Made by a program: the position numbers and the translations under genes. Below the pieces are notes generated by a model. That model was given only the letters and a program-made list of their open reading frames with translations, did not search any database and was not told where the DNA came from. Positions 1-13,300 of a stretch of DNA of 64,000 bases are shown piece by piece (within the stretch, counting starts at the first letter, position 1; the number at the start of each line of letters is the position of its first letter). Source of the DNA: Lepidodermella squamata (lineage: Eukaryota > Animalia > Gastrotricha). The stretch covers positions 186,001 to 250,000 of the forward strand of contig JBLDXI010000045.1 of the NCBI GenBank assembly GCA_047495785.1. Reading direction: 5' to 3'.

Positions 1-234
1 GAATATGCTAATGAGCTGCATTGTTCAAAAGTTCCTCGCTGATTAAAGTGGTCTTTGAATTCATTAGCTTTTTAAACTTTTGAATAAACTGGAAGGGCTG
101 CAAAAGACTAATTTTACGTGCAATACGACAAGTCAATTGATTAATTAATTAAATAATTCAACTAGAAATCAGTGCACTATATTGCTTAAATCGTTGTGCA
201 TAAAAATAATGGAAAGTTTTTGCGGACAAAAAAA

Positions 235-320
235 TGTTTCGCGGCGTGGGCTCGAACCCTGCTTTCGTACTTTGCTGTGCTTTCTAGGAGCACATCCAAA
301 GCCACTCGACCACCGATCAC
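235..320 (-). pseudogene. tRNA-derived relic (tRNA-Ser/Leu-like pseudogene or SINE head)
   Basis: Minus strand shows A-box TGGTCGAGTGG, hairpin GTGCT-CCTAGAA-AGCAC (contains CTAGAAA as in tRNA-Ser(AGA) loops), long variable region, B-box GGTTCGAGCCC and a following T7 Pol III terminator. The acceptor stem does not pair. Confidence 0.6.
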
Positions 321-587
321 AACATATCAGTAATATTTGAATTGAGTATTTATGTATCATTAATAGCCCCACACCTGTCCGAATAGCCCCATCCGTGGGG
401 CTATTTGGAATCCTGGTTCCATTGGAATCAGGACCTTCTGAAACGTGTAAAAATGCAAAAAAATCAGGGGGTAATTTTTTTTCGCCGTCCGGATAGCCCC
501 AAGTGACGGTAATTATCATTTTATTTTAACCATAATTCATTAGCAACTTATTCTAATCAGTTCCAAGTCCCCAATTTAAGACCCAGC

Positions 588-699
588 CTCTAACCCTAAC
601 CTAATCCTAACCCTAATCCTGACCCTAATCCTGACCCTAATCCTGACCCTAATCCGGACACTAAACTAATCCTAACCTAATCTAACCCTAACCCTAACC
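588..699 (+). repeat. Degenerate interstitial telomere-like (CCCTAA)n tract
   Basis: Tandem ccctaa/cctaat/cctgac variants, lying in the intron of the Cys-loop gene. Confidence 0.85.
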
Positions 700-775
700 A
701 GTTAAATAACCGAATAAAATGGTTAGGTATTGAATTTAAAGAAATTTGGTACCGCATTAAGATTTTTCGATTTAC

Positions 776-1116
776 CGATTATTTTTACTCACGTCAATTT
801 CAGTTGCGCTGTTTCGTAAAATTAAAGCAGGGGTCCATAGCTGGTTCGAATCCATTGAGATAGCTTTCATCTGTGCGCCCAACCGCGGCCATCGCGCTTT
901 CGCCGCTGTCCAGAAACAGCCGCTATCGTCGTTCCAGGTCACGCCGAGCGCCCCTGACATTGTGAAAATTTCCGACGCCTCATCAACGTCGAATCTTCGA
1001 GATGCGTAAAATACAGCCTTGAAAGCTATACGGCCGTCTTGGTTCGCCGATGGGTCGCAATCTAGCGTGATTGTACTATCTATTAAGGCGGCTATGATGA
1101 AAATCGCTGATTTCAT
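776..1116 (-). CDS. Cys-loop (pentameric) ligand-gated ion channel / AChBP-like, first coding exon; gene continues left of the window
   Basis: Signal-like MKSAIFIIAALI, then VDEASEIFTMSGALGVTWND and LWTPALILRNSA, matching the Neur_chan_LBD motifs D-E..W-x-D and W-x-P-D-x-x-x-x-N-S. Splice donor CG|GTAAAT at 776/775. Confidence 0.75.
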
Positions 1117-2146
1117 TCTCGCGGCAATAAAACTCAGTGCGTGTTTAGAAACGCTTAACATCATCCGCTCCTTCGTTTACTCAATGCCTCGATAATTTCC
1201 TGTTTCTCCACTCAACTTGGCGTAAAAATTGGCCTCATTTACTTTTGCATTTCCGACCCTTGCTTTCGCTTTTCTAATTTCACTGCACTCGTATTCCGAA
1301 TTGAAAAGAGTCGTGTAAATTTATCTTGCCAGGGCAATTTATTTTATGCATTATTTTCTCGTTAAGCTCGTCATCAAAATCTAGAAGAAGAAGAATATAG
1401 CACGCCGCATTTCAAATTCGGATCGTCAGCATCGGAAAAAACTTCAACAAAAGGCGGTCTGCTGTTATGCCAAACAGAAACAACGACCTTGAAGCGAAGC
1501 GACACACGCAGCAACAAGAAGAAAAAACCAGGCAGCCAGCGAAAATTCATAACAATAATTGACGGCAATAAAACGAATTTTGATTCTCCGTATAATTATA
1601 ATATTTTTCATTTATATAATAGATTTTCTTCAGCCGAACCACCCGATTCGCAAAAAATTAATCTGATCAATAATTAATTAAAGGAATAATTATCTGACCA
1701 TAATATATATATATAATCATTTAAGCGTATTACAATGAAACGACAACAAAGAAAAAAATTAGCAAATTTTTGTTTTTGATTCAATCGAATGATATTATCT
1801 TGCCACGATCCGCGCATTTTTTTTTACAGGTCGGAACAGAGTATAATAATATCGCACAAAAAAATGTACACAAATCGCAATTTTTTAAGGCGGCTGCTAT
1901 CCGGTATGAAAAAAGTTGCATATAATTTTGATATAATCTACAAGTAGCCAGCCAGTAGCCGAAAAAAACACGACGGAAAAAAATCGGAAGGGAAAATTGT
2001 AGCAGTATAGATGCAAATGATATAATATTACTCATATAAACTTCATTATTACTCAGTGATCAAATATCAAATGCGAGTTCGTTTCAGGCGATTGTGCGAT
2101 TGATTTTTAGCAAGCAGGTGCGAGGTGATTGAAGATTTTCGATTGC

Positions 2147-5100
2147 TCACGATAGCAGTTGTTGTTCGAGAGATTCGAGGCACAGTAGTTCGTCGCGGCT
2201 CGGCGACTCGCTAACTTCGCTAATATCGAGCTTGAGATGGCGCCGTTGTTGCCGCGGCGTCGGCCGGCTCGGCTGATGACCCGCCGAACGCACCGGCGGC
2301 TTTGCAACCACCGCTGCACCCGGCGCTAGAGTTTGGCTGAGGGCAGATACCGCTGTTGCCAGTTCCTTTAATCGTAATAAAAACAAATATACAGTTATTT
2401 TACGGTTTTATGACACCCTTCAGGCGAGTAAATAAACATAACACTTAAGAGGCTCTTTTAATGCTTAAATACAGAAAGAAGCTACGGTAAACAATAACAA
2501 GAAAAAAGGTAACCTTGCGAGGCAAAAAAATATGATGAGTGCGGGCGGTGCTATACTTACCTCCTCAACAGATGAAAGAGCAGCTACATTCGCCGACCAC
2601 GTCTGCATGTGCTGCGATTGCGGGTGCAGCTTCACGAGAATGTCTCCAGCCTCGGCTATCGACGGTTGACTACCACACACAGAGTGACTGAAAAAGAATT
2701 AAAAATTAAAATCAGCGAAAATTTGAAATTTTTTGAAAAATTCCGCCTTTTAATTTTCATAAATTTTCAAAAAATATATAATTGAAATTCGATTTTTTCA
2801 ATTCATTCTAAAATTTAAAAGGGTGCCAACTTTCATACATAAATATGTATGAAATTTTTACCTTTCATACATATTTATGTATGACAAAATTAACTTTCAT
2901 ACATATTTATTTTCATTAAATTCGAGCTGAAAACATTAGGGAAATGCCAGATGACTAGATTTCGGTTTATGTGAAAGAAAAACGGGGTTCCGAAAGCGTA
3001 GTCAATTTTTTCCGCATGAAAATGGTTATTGGGGAAGCGCAAGGGCCCAAAAATCGAACTTTATAGAAACCCGAAACTCGAACTACTCTAACCCTAAACC
3101 TTAACCGTGAACCCTAACCAAACCCTAAACCTAACCCTAACCCTAACCCGAACCCTGGCACCTAACCCTAACCCCCAACCCCAATTCCTAATCACAGTTT
3201 GGCTAAAAAACACGATTTTATGAAAAAAAATATGTATGAAAGTTAATTTTGTCATACATAAATATGTATGAAAGGGAAAAATTTCATACATAAATATGTA
3301 TGAAAGCGCACTTCGAATTTAAAATTAAGGAGGATTTTTTATTTTTTTTCCAAAATTCAAAATTGATGACGATTTTTCATTTTTTCCAAAATTTAAAATT
3401 AAGGAGGATTTTTCAGTTTTATCTGATTAAAAAATTGAGGTGGAATTTTTTGAAAATTTACCTTAATAAACTTGAGGACGATCCGCGACCGCTGCTGTGC
3501 GAGCAAACAGATCCGGGCTGTTTTGGAACGCCGCCCGATGAAGAGCTAGGCGCACCCGAGGCCGGCGATTGCGGCGAGGCGGACGACGATGACGAGAGTG
3601 ATTTCGTAGTCGACAGCGCATCTTCCGCGCCACTCGCCGCTGTATGCACCTTGAGGCCAGCCGAAGAGCCGACAAACAACGCAACGCCACTGTCATTACC
3701 GCTATCACTCGTATCCGTCAACCGGCTTATCCGGTTGTTGTTTTGCTGTTGAACGGGCAGCACGAGGCGTTTCGAGACAACAGCAGGGCTTGATGGTACC
3801 GAGGTAGCGGCGGTGCCTGGCCGCATGATCGGGACACTCTGCGGTGGTTGCGGCTTTTTGCCCAACAACTTGTTCTTCAGCCTCATAAACGGCGATTGCG
3901 CCACTTTTTTCGCCTCGACAAAATTCACAGCAGCAGCAACAGGTGGTCTCTGCTGCTGGTATTGCTGCACATCCGCCCACGTGATGCCAATGCTGTGCTG
4001 GCTAGTTTTCAACCGCCGTTGGAAGAAATCAACATTTTCCGCCAGCGAGTCCATAACAGGCCGTTGCGGCTGGTAGGTAACATTCGACCTGGCTGAATAT
4101 TTCGTCGACTCGGCGTAATACCCGCTGTCAACAAATAGATTCTCACTACTACAGCTGATTGACGGTGGCCTCAGGCCGTTGTTCCGGCTCGCTGGTTTCT
4201 TCCGCATCGTAACCGGCTGCGCGACAGGCTGGCGTTTCATCCTCGGCAACGAACGATGATGGTACGATTGTTGGCTTTCCAGCGACAACTGCTGGCAGAG
4301 TTGGTGGTGGAAGGTTGGATTCGCCATGGCAACGTTATGCCTCGGCCCATCGATCCAGTCCTCGCGAATCACTTTCGGCCCGTCGATCCAAATCTCGGAT
4401 GATGTATCAACAGGCTGCGGGTGCTTTTGCGCCGCCATGGCCGCCCAGATTTTCTGCTGCTCCAACTGCCGCTTCATGCGCGACGAGGCGAAACGCTTGA
4501 GCCGCGCGTACCGCGACCGCTGCGAGTCCTTCTTCGCCGAGTCTTTCGCGGCCTGTTTCGCCGGCGAGCAGTTGGCCGAGACCGAGTTGCCCGTCTTCAT
4601 CGCCTCGTCCTCGTCCGAGAACAAGCCGAGGTCTTGCTGGTGCAGGTCGAGGGGCTGCATAGGGGCGAGGCTGGGCTGCCGCAGCCGGCATAGAGATTCC
4701 GTCTCCGAGTCGGAGTAACACGACGGCCGCGACGTGAATGACACCTGCATTCGCGGCTGCGGCGGCGGCGATGGTCGATGAATCACAGTGTGGATGGAAA
4801 GCTCGCTGCCGGATACGCAATGACTTAGCCGGCCGTTGATCGACGTCGACATCGTCACCTCCCTCGCCTCGCTGAACGACTGAAACGACGAGAGGCGAGG
4901 CAACGTCGCCGAGTCGTAGCTGTACAACGTCGGCCGGTGGTTTTCTTCGGGTGATTGGCGCCGCTTCGTGGTTTGTTGAACCGACGATGATGAGACGTCA
5001 AACATGGCGAGGACGCCTCTCGAGGCGGCGAGTTGCGGCGAAACCAATGCGAGGAAATGGCACAAACGGCAGCGTTGGAATTCGCGAAGCACTTGGCCGG

Positions 5101-7336
5101 TTAACGAGGCGAACGCCGTCGGCGCGTTGGCGGCTGGGAGGTTTTTCGACAACGCCCCGACTACCTTGTCTTGAAGCGCGGAGAAGCCGCTGTTCTCGAC
5201 AGATCTCGACGCCAAATCAACGAAATGAAACTGGCCACGACCGCCAGATACTAGAAAATAATACAAAAATTGCATGAAAAAATGCTTTACAAAATAACAA
5301 AAATTACGAAGTCATATATTCAATTAAAAATTGAAATTTAAAAAATCCTGATAAATACCATAAAATTCTGCGAAATTTTAAAAATTCCAAAAATTCAAAT
5401 ATTCGAAAAATATTTTTTTTATATTAATTTTCACTTCTAGCGGAACTAGTCTTACTTTTAGCAGAACCAATTTCGCCTGTTAGTGGAATCAATTTTGAAA
5501 TTTTGGAAAAGGCCTAAAACCCATTTTCCAAGCTTTTAATTCATAAATATTCGAAAAGCGACCTTTTTCTTGTCTAAAATTAAGGTTCCGCAACATGTTG
5601 ATTTGGTTCCGCTACAGTCAAATTTGGTTCTGCCAAAAGATATTCTGATTTTCAAATGGTGCCAAGTTTTGTCTGATTTCGCCTTAAATTTTGTTTTAAA
5701 TGTGGCGAATCTTGCCATGAAATCCTGTGTTATGGGATGCAAGGTCCCAACCTTGGCTATCAGCTTGAATATTTCCATAAAAACCATAGAGAGAAAAATG
5801 ACCAGAGTAAGCACTCAAGCTAAAATATTGATCTCCATTATTATAGAAGTGCGTCCTCAAAACGGATATCTCCGTTTTCTACCAAATTTTGCATGCCTAT
5901 AGAACGCGAGCTGCTCTTTCACGTGGTATAAGATTTGAGGTGGGCAATTGCTGCTCAGTCTTGATCTCATCAAAATAAGTAAAACCATTGTGAAAACGAG
6001 GTTTTTGTATCGTAACAACGGTTGGGTTGCCCACCTCAAATCTTATACCACGTGAAAGAGCAGCTCGCGTTCTATAGGCATGCAAAATTTGGTAGAAAAC
6101 GGAGATATCCGTTTTGAGAAAGTCAACGTTGAATTAAAATGAGGATTTAGAAATTTTAGCTTGAGTGCTGTCTCTGGTCATTTTTTCTCTATGATAAAAA
6201 CATATAAATTTTGAAATTATTCTTAATAAAATCCTAAAATTGATCGAAATATTTTTTCAAATTTTGAACACCTGATTTTTCATAAATTCGTCGCATAAAA
6301 GCTCAAAAATCGCATATTTTATCATTTAATAATTTTCATGATTTCAAGGCATATTTTTTCGAAAATTTACTTGTTTCACTGCCGTTAGGTTGGCGCTCGA
6401 TTTGGTACTGGTACACGTTGAGGGTTAGAACGAAGATTCCAGGCTGTTGGGGATGCAACGAAGCCGCCTTAATAGCCTGGTCGACGTAAGCCAACGCCTG
6501 CTTAGCGGACGAGGCGCGGAGTTCGCGCGGGCCCGAAAGCCGCCCGACGCCTAGCAGTTTCGGAATATCACCACTGCTTCCATCTATAAGGCGGGCGTAA
6601 TAAAAGATATCAGGTAATACAGGCGAGATAATGAAATATTGCATGTACTCACCTTGAGCAATGTGTTTCCAACAAATCGGCCGTTGTTATTTCGCCAGTC
6701 GATGCGTTGATGAACATGCGCGAGGCGGAAATTCGAACCGAAAAGCGAACCGACGATCGCGTAACGCGAAAGGTGTCGATGAGATCGAACAGCCACGCGA
6801 GCGAAGTGGCGAGCAGCGGCTTATCACACGCCCCCGCCGCCTTGTTATACAGCGCCTGATCGGCAACTATAGATACAAAATAGGTGCGATTTTATTGTTC
6901 TATCGCCGCCACTCGACCGTAACGAGCCGCGGGTAAATCAATACTACTTACCTTCAGAATCGCAGCTCGAAACAGCCAGGCATGTTGAAGCGCCCTCCAT
7001 CGCTGCATTGATAAGTAACGGCAAGCACTCAGAGGCCATGGTTCGCTGAAAATAGACGGGGAAAAAAATAATTAAAAATCTCCCTTAAAAAATTTGACTT
7101 ACATTCGAAGTTTCGGGTGGGAAAATTGTTTCGACGGGTAAGTCTTTCCACTCGGCCGTATTTTTAACGAAGCCCTTCCACCATTTCGGCTTCTGGTCCG
7201 ATTTCGCCGGGCGTTGCTGGTCGACGCGGATGCAGACGCGGTTGTTTTGCGGGTCGCAAACCACGCCGCCATCGTCCGGCGACGACGGCGTTGCCGCGAG
7301 TTTAACGAACAATTTCGACGTTTGATGGCCAGTCAT
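2147..7336 (-). CDS. KIF26: KIF26 / vab-8-like kinesin-11 family protein (multi-exon)
   Basis: Spliced exons give LAWLFDLID..RFSVRISA..DLL, ELRASSAKQALAYVDQAI, LTLNVYQY, SGGRGQFHFVDL (KIF26 motor signature) and tandem EIWIDGP/DWIDGP motifs. Downstream exons 2687-2561 and 2365-2147 join in phase through GT-AG sites. Confidence 0.85.
2821..3315. mobile_element. MITE with about 95-bp TIRs, internal telomere-like tract and possible 9-bp TSD (Mutator/foldback-like)
   Basis: 2823-2920 is the near reverse complement of 3216-3311. The TIRs contain TTTCATACAT-N4-ATGTATGAAA palindromes. AATTTAAAA flanks both sides (2812-2820, 3316-3324). Lies in KIF26 intron 2688-3461. Confidence 0.8.
3088..3192 (+). 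repeat. Degenerate (CCCTAA)n tract inside the MITE
   Basis: ctaaccctaaaccttaaccgtgaaccctaacc... read directly from the sequence. Confidence 0.85.
5440..5640. repeat. Imperfect inverted repeat / MITE relic
   Basis: cttttagcagaaccaattt..ctgttagtggaatcaa (about 5455-5495) versus the reverse complement of about 5600-5640; built from gcggaaccaaat-like subunits. Confidence 0.6.
5786..6193. mobile_element. Foldback element: perfect 92-bp inner inverted repeat within older imperfect outer arms
   Basis: 5856-5947 is the exact reverse complement of 6027-6118 (79-nt spacer). Outer arms about 5786-5830 and 6153-6193 are imperfect. Located in a KIF26 intron. Confidence 0.85.
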
Positions 7337-10300
7337 CGTTTAACCTTGACAAATGAACCAGTTCGTTTCACGAGTCAAGTGTGAAGCAATTAAACAAGCT
7401 CAGGTAGTAGCACTGTGCACGAGCGAGAATTATTACATATTTTTACGATGGCGATTAAAAAAGCCTAAAAATGCTGGACATAAAAAAAAGAGAGAAAATA
7501 TTAATTTACAATAACAATATTAAATCTAAATATATAACAGTCGAGTCATAAAAATTGTGCGCAAAGGAGCGAAAAAAACAATCTTTTAAAAAGTCAAATA
7601 TATGAGCATATAAAACACGCCGCTAGCTATGGACAATGGCTATCGGCGAGTAATAAAATAACGCGGCGAAAAACACCTGCGCTATGAAAGAGAGTTGTGA
7701 GTAAAATGATGAGAGGATCGAGGTGTCACTACTACGCAAGACCAGATCCGCGGTGTAAAATTTACGACCGCCGTAAATGCAAATAAATACTACACACCTG
7801 TTTTTGAATGTGTATAGCAACGAAAATCGTTCATAAATCGCGGTTCCGCCACGGCGGGTAATAAATGTATATTTTTCGTCCGTTGACGCGCGCGCGCGCG
7901 TTGCGACGTGCGCGTGTCGGGAATTTCTGCACGCTCAATAGCTCACGCGGCTCGCGCGCATCTTAGATATTAGATAGACTACTACCAGGTACATTGTAAC
8001 ACAAGATTACGGTGGTAAGCGATACTTACACTATGTTCCTTTATCTGCTGGGAAAGTTGAGCGACGGTTGTAAATTTTCCGCCGCGCAGGTACTACATGG
8101 CGAGAAATTGTTTCCGCTGTTGCTACTGAATGGGACGATAGGCATATATAGCCTAGTTACAACACGTCTCGTCGAAATTGAGACGGAAACGGGGACCGTT
8201 ACATGCCGAGTTATTACCACAATAACAACACGTTCTTATTTTTCAACGACGACATAATCAAAATCTATCTTTTCAACAGAATCCCACCAAAAGTCACCTG
8301 TAATTAATTATAATTATAATAATAAAGGTAAATACTACAACTAGTAGTAGTGTTTGAGGCTCTATAAGCCGTGGCGCGCGCGCATCTACATGGATATATT
8401 TGCCAACTTATTTTAGCCGTTGAACGTCAATCGCGGCGCGTCGTGAGAAAATGCGACAAACACATCTCGTGAGAGTCGGTGAGTGACTACTGCTACCACA
8501 GAAAAAATCGTGAAAAGTCAGAGTAGCTGGCGATTTAAATAATAATATAATAATAATTATAAGCCGCAGTTCAATAAGACGAGTATTCAATTCGAATAAC
8601 GAGACAACAATCAACAAAACGTGGCGCGGCTTGTTGTTTGCGCATCCTTGGCGTCGTCGCCCGGCGCAAGTCAACAGCGAATTTTCAAGACGCGGATTAG
8701 AGACCGCGCCCGGCGTCAACGAACGAGCACAGGAAAAACCGCGACTTTAAACCGGTGGAATACTTATTAAAATAAATAAGACGCGTTTGGGCGGGGTGGG
8801 TGGGTAAGCGATCGTTTTATGATGGTGATAAAGTAACCAACAAGCTACGATGGATAAACTTTGATCGGTAAACAATAATAATAATTATATCGGTCATGCC
8901 GTTGCCTGGATGCGGCGACCTATGCGCGAAAAATAATACAGCAGCCGGCTGCTGTAGCGGAAAAATACCAGGCTATTAATGTCCATGTCTGAAAATAGTG
9001 AATAAAGAAATATCGCTTCTTTATATACTAACAGAGAGAGAGCGCGGAAGCTACTTTCTCACCCGCATCATCTTTTATATAATCGAACAAAAAGCAACAA
9101 CAAACGTAAGAACAACATCAACAAGCACGCGATCTGTATGTGTGTGGGAAAGAATTAAAATTGCAACAACAATAAAACCGAACGATCGGCGGCACGAGAC
9201 TCGGATATATCTGTATCGCGCGCGCTATCAAAGAAGTATATTACAGACTACTTAGCGCGCAAAAATACCGCACGCGTTGTGCCGACAAAGGTTGCCGAAC
9301 TGGCACGAGGCCATAATAAATAGGTAAAAATGTAATAAAAGAAGCGAGCGGTTTAACGCCCGCGCTCGCTTCTTATACAATGAATCGAGGCGCCAATGAT
9401 ACGAAGCAAATGTGGCAACACAAAACTGACATCATAGCCGGAAAAATAACTAAATAAAAATAGAACGCAGCGCCAGTCCAGCGCAACGAAACGGTAAACA
9501 AGAAAACAAACGCAAAAATCGAATCGAAGGTTGAGCTGATAATAATAAAGTAACCGATTGATACGCGCCACCTTAAAAATATTAACTATTTTTCGAGGCC
9601 AATGATGTTTACATTCAATCAATGCCGTTAGTTTCGTTCGATGATGTTAGTGTAACAAATATAATAACAACAAATCGAACACGATGATAACAACAAAGTG
9701 AACACAGCAGTTGCATAAGCGATCTATCAAAGCTAATTGCCGGATTGTAGCTAGTCGAGGGCAAACAAACAGGAGGCGTTCATCATTTAGCGCGCGTGCG
9801 CGTGGCAGTTTGTAGCCACGAGCAAGAACCAAGCCGGGATGATGACTGTTCATCCGGTGTAGTCTCCAGCCACCACCGTGTTATCGCTCGCAACGGACTA
9901 ATTTGGATCAGTTTTATTATTGCGTTCGTTCGCTCGTCTATTGGTCGCGGAGCCGTTGCTAAGGGCTCGCCGTATAATTGTCGCACGGTTGTTAATTTGT
10001 CGCCCGAATTGCAAATTAACACCGATAAGAAACGCACCCGCGCAACCGGGAGACCGGGAACAATTTGCGCAATCCGTAAACAGAAAGTAACACCCTTAAA
10101 GCGGACATTCGAAAGAACCTCGTAAGCATATATTTCGGATTACAGGATTCTAAAATTGGCGTGAAAACGAAATAAATCGGAAAATTCTAGAAGGGCGAAA
10201 TGAGATTCACAATTCAAAAATTTATTCTAGTTTTTCGAGTTTTAAAACGAGTTTGAAACTTCTCCGAAAATTCTAAAAGTACCAAATTTGATCTTTATGA

Positions 10301-13300
10301 GCAGTTAAAAGGGAAGAATCGTTCGGCTTTAGTCCTAAAAAATGAAAGGAGCCTAGAATCTAGAATCTTCAGGAATCAAGAAAAATGGCTGTATTGATCA
10401 ATTCAATTATTATTAATTAATACATCGATAATTAGGCTGAAGTTCCAAGACTCCCTTATTAATTTTTTTCTAGCTTTGAGTAAGGATTGCGAAATTCGAA
10501 ATCGCTCAACTTTTTTCGATTTTTTTTCTAGAATTTCGAGGTGTCCATCCAAGTTTTTGGAAAGCGTCGTTTTGGGCCGAAAATAATTTGCATAAGATGA
10601 TAATGACAAATTTAGCGAGTTAAGCCGCAATGATTACAACCAGAAGTCATCCGAGCGTAAATGCAACGAAGAAAACAAACAAGCGAAACGGAAACCAGCA
10701 GCTGTCAGTATATCTTTTGTAACTTGGTAGCAATTTCGCAGCGTAAAAAGTCGCGATGATAGGCGCAGATCAGCTTCGCACGAGGGACGCGCGCAAATTC
10801 CGACGCCGCGTCGCCAATGATGGCGATAAGTAATGAAGATGATGAACCGAGTGGCTATAGTAGTCACTCCATCGCCGCGTGACTTTGTTGTTGATGTTGT
10901 TGTGACAAATTTACATGTATAAACATTGCAGTACCAGAAGAAAACTTGGTACCAACTCTAGTAGTTGTAGTGCTGCTACTTAAAAGCTACGCGCATCGAA
11001 TTCCGGCCGCTGATAAAATTTTTGAGGCGAGCCTCTCCGTTTTTCCGATCGCGCTCTATCTAGTACGCGTGTCGTCATATGAAAAGCGCGCAGCGTGAAC
11101 GCACTGAGACTGAGAATTACTTCCGAGGCGCGGAAATCGTCGACAAATTAATGCAGACGCGTACGGAAATTTGCGCTGCGAGTCGCCCGAAATCATTTGA
11201 TATACTACTATATTTATTAGCAGATGATGATAACAACTGCGAGGGTATAAACGAACAACGATGCGTCAAGGGCGCGTTTGCTTCGTTGCTTCCAAGTTGG
11301 TTTTGACACAAAAAGGGGCGTCACTTTGTTGATATTATGTAAAATTATTGAAGAAAGCTTCGTGTATAAAACGACGCTACCGAAATCCAGAACTGCCTTA
11401 AAAAGATACTATGCCGAAATCAAGCGGCGACAACGCCCTATCATCATCATGGCTAAAACACACACATAACAGCCGCCTATACATTAAACTGTCATTTTGG
11501 CACACAGGTTCGGCCAAGCGCGTGTTATCGCGCAAAATTTATGCGTCGCGCGGCGCGGCACATCAAAAAAGAGCGCGCCACCACCTTAAAAGAGCGCAAT
11601 ATATCGATAATAAAGGCAGCTGTTAGCCTCTATTACGGCCGATTAAGTAACCAAAATTTTTGCCGCAAAATGCCTGCAATAATAAGCACCTTTTTCTCAC
11701 CGCCTGCCCCTATGTCGCGTTTTGACACCATAAACAAACACGAAAAAAAGCGAGGTGAAAAATACTGGGAAAGATAGCTATCAGTGTTCAAGAAGCGTCG
11801 CTACGGCGAAGAAAAACAACGCACTCGAGTTGCGAAACAAATCGTTGAAATTTATCTCGCATTAATATGGCCCCTTGGCTTAGATGACACCATTTGCGTC
11901 TGTCGCCTCAAAACTTGCCGACAAAGCGCGATGCGAAAAGACAAGCGGACCGCGGGCATTTCGTCTCGTGCCCGCTGCATAGCTGCAGTAGTAGTAAATC
12001 TGAGCCTATACGAGAAACAAACAACGCATGTAACAACCGAACGCCGAAATGGTGTTGCACCCATGAACTTGCAATCCACCTCAAGCTCGCTGTCATTTCT
12101 CGGCGAATCGCAACAGATGCGCCGTATAAGAGTTAATAGGCAATTTAGCGCGCGCACCGACGGGTGCTAATTTGCGAACACAGCGATCGTCCATCTTTTT
12201 TGTCGTGATCAGACGCGTTATCAGCATGTTCATCGCTATAAAAGAGTAATAAACTGCAGATCGAATCTTCGCAAGACGTAAATACAGACGCGCCTCGCTG
12301 CGGGCGAGAAGAGGCGGATGAACGGTGTATGTATGCTGGCAAAAGGCCACCGTGAAAAGTAATATAACAACGGCAAAATAGCCGATTTTTCTATTAATAG
12401 TAAATTTCTGCGCCCGGTCAAGATTGTTGGCGTCGTTTCGCCCGGCCAAACAATAGCGACCCACGTGTTTTTATTAATAAATATTACGTATCATCATAAA
12501 AAGTAACCTATAAATAAATAAGTGGCAAATAATACGGGCTCGAGGTTTCTCGCTTCTCCACTTGAACGAGACTTTTCGAGCGCGAGAAAATTCCTCATAG
12601 CAACGGTTGGGAAAATTTAATGAGAGGTGAAGAATTTGCACATTTTCAGCCGTTCGTCGGGGTGCTAATGCCTACCTGCTCCAGGGTGGCTGCTGCTGGT
12701 TTCGTCAAACTTTTTCCTGTTCACACCTGGCGTGGTGTCCGTCCCTCTCGTTGATACAGGCGCGCGGTCACGTAGGCACGCAAAAATTGGGACGAGATCG
12801 TGAAGACAATCACAACAGCTGTCTGCGTCACCTTGCCCGCCTGACTGACTGGCGCCCGAACGAGTAAATTAACCTGTGTGAATGAAACGGGCACGCGCCC
12901 GGGTGTTAAGGCGACTTTGCGCACTATCGCGCGACGGATTATCGAAATTAAGGTGGGGCAATTCAAATTTAGGCCCGCGGCGGGAAGTTGCCTTTACAGT
13001 TGCCACGAGCGCTTAATTTCGAGTGGCCGTCGAAGAATGCTCTCGCGGGCGCTCTTGGCGGTCGTTTCCGAATAAACATTACCGGTGCGCCGTTTGGCGA
13101 GCGCGACTCTCAACTCGAGGGCCCTTCAGCTGCAAGGTGGATGCGGATAAGCTTTGAGCGGCAAACAAGCCGGGTAAACAAGTGGCAACGCGCCGTTGGT
13201 GGTATAGATACATGCGCGTAACGTTAATTAAGGGCGAGGATAACGCTGTACAGGCTCCACAGGAATCCGTTCCGTGTTCCGGTTAAAACACGCAGTTGTT

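Noticed and set aside
235-320. Functional tRNA gene
   Set aside because: The acceptor stem does not pair and the anticodon register is ambiguous (TAG with C33, or AGA with a broken stem); kept only as a relic.
2828-3306. CRISPR-like reading of the repeated palindromes
   Set aside because: The repeats are arranged as inverted termini of a eukaryotic MITE, with no unique regular spacers or cas genes.
3300-5277. Several plus-strand ORFs over the large KIF26 exon
   Set aside because: Antisense shadows of GC-rich coding sequence.
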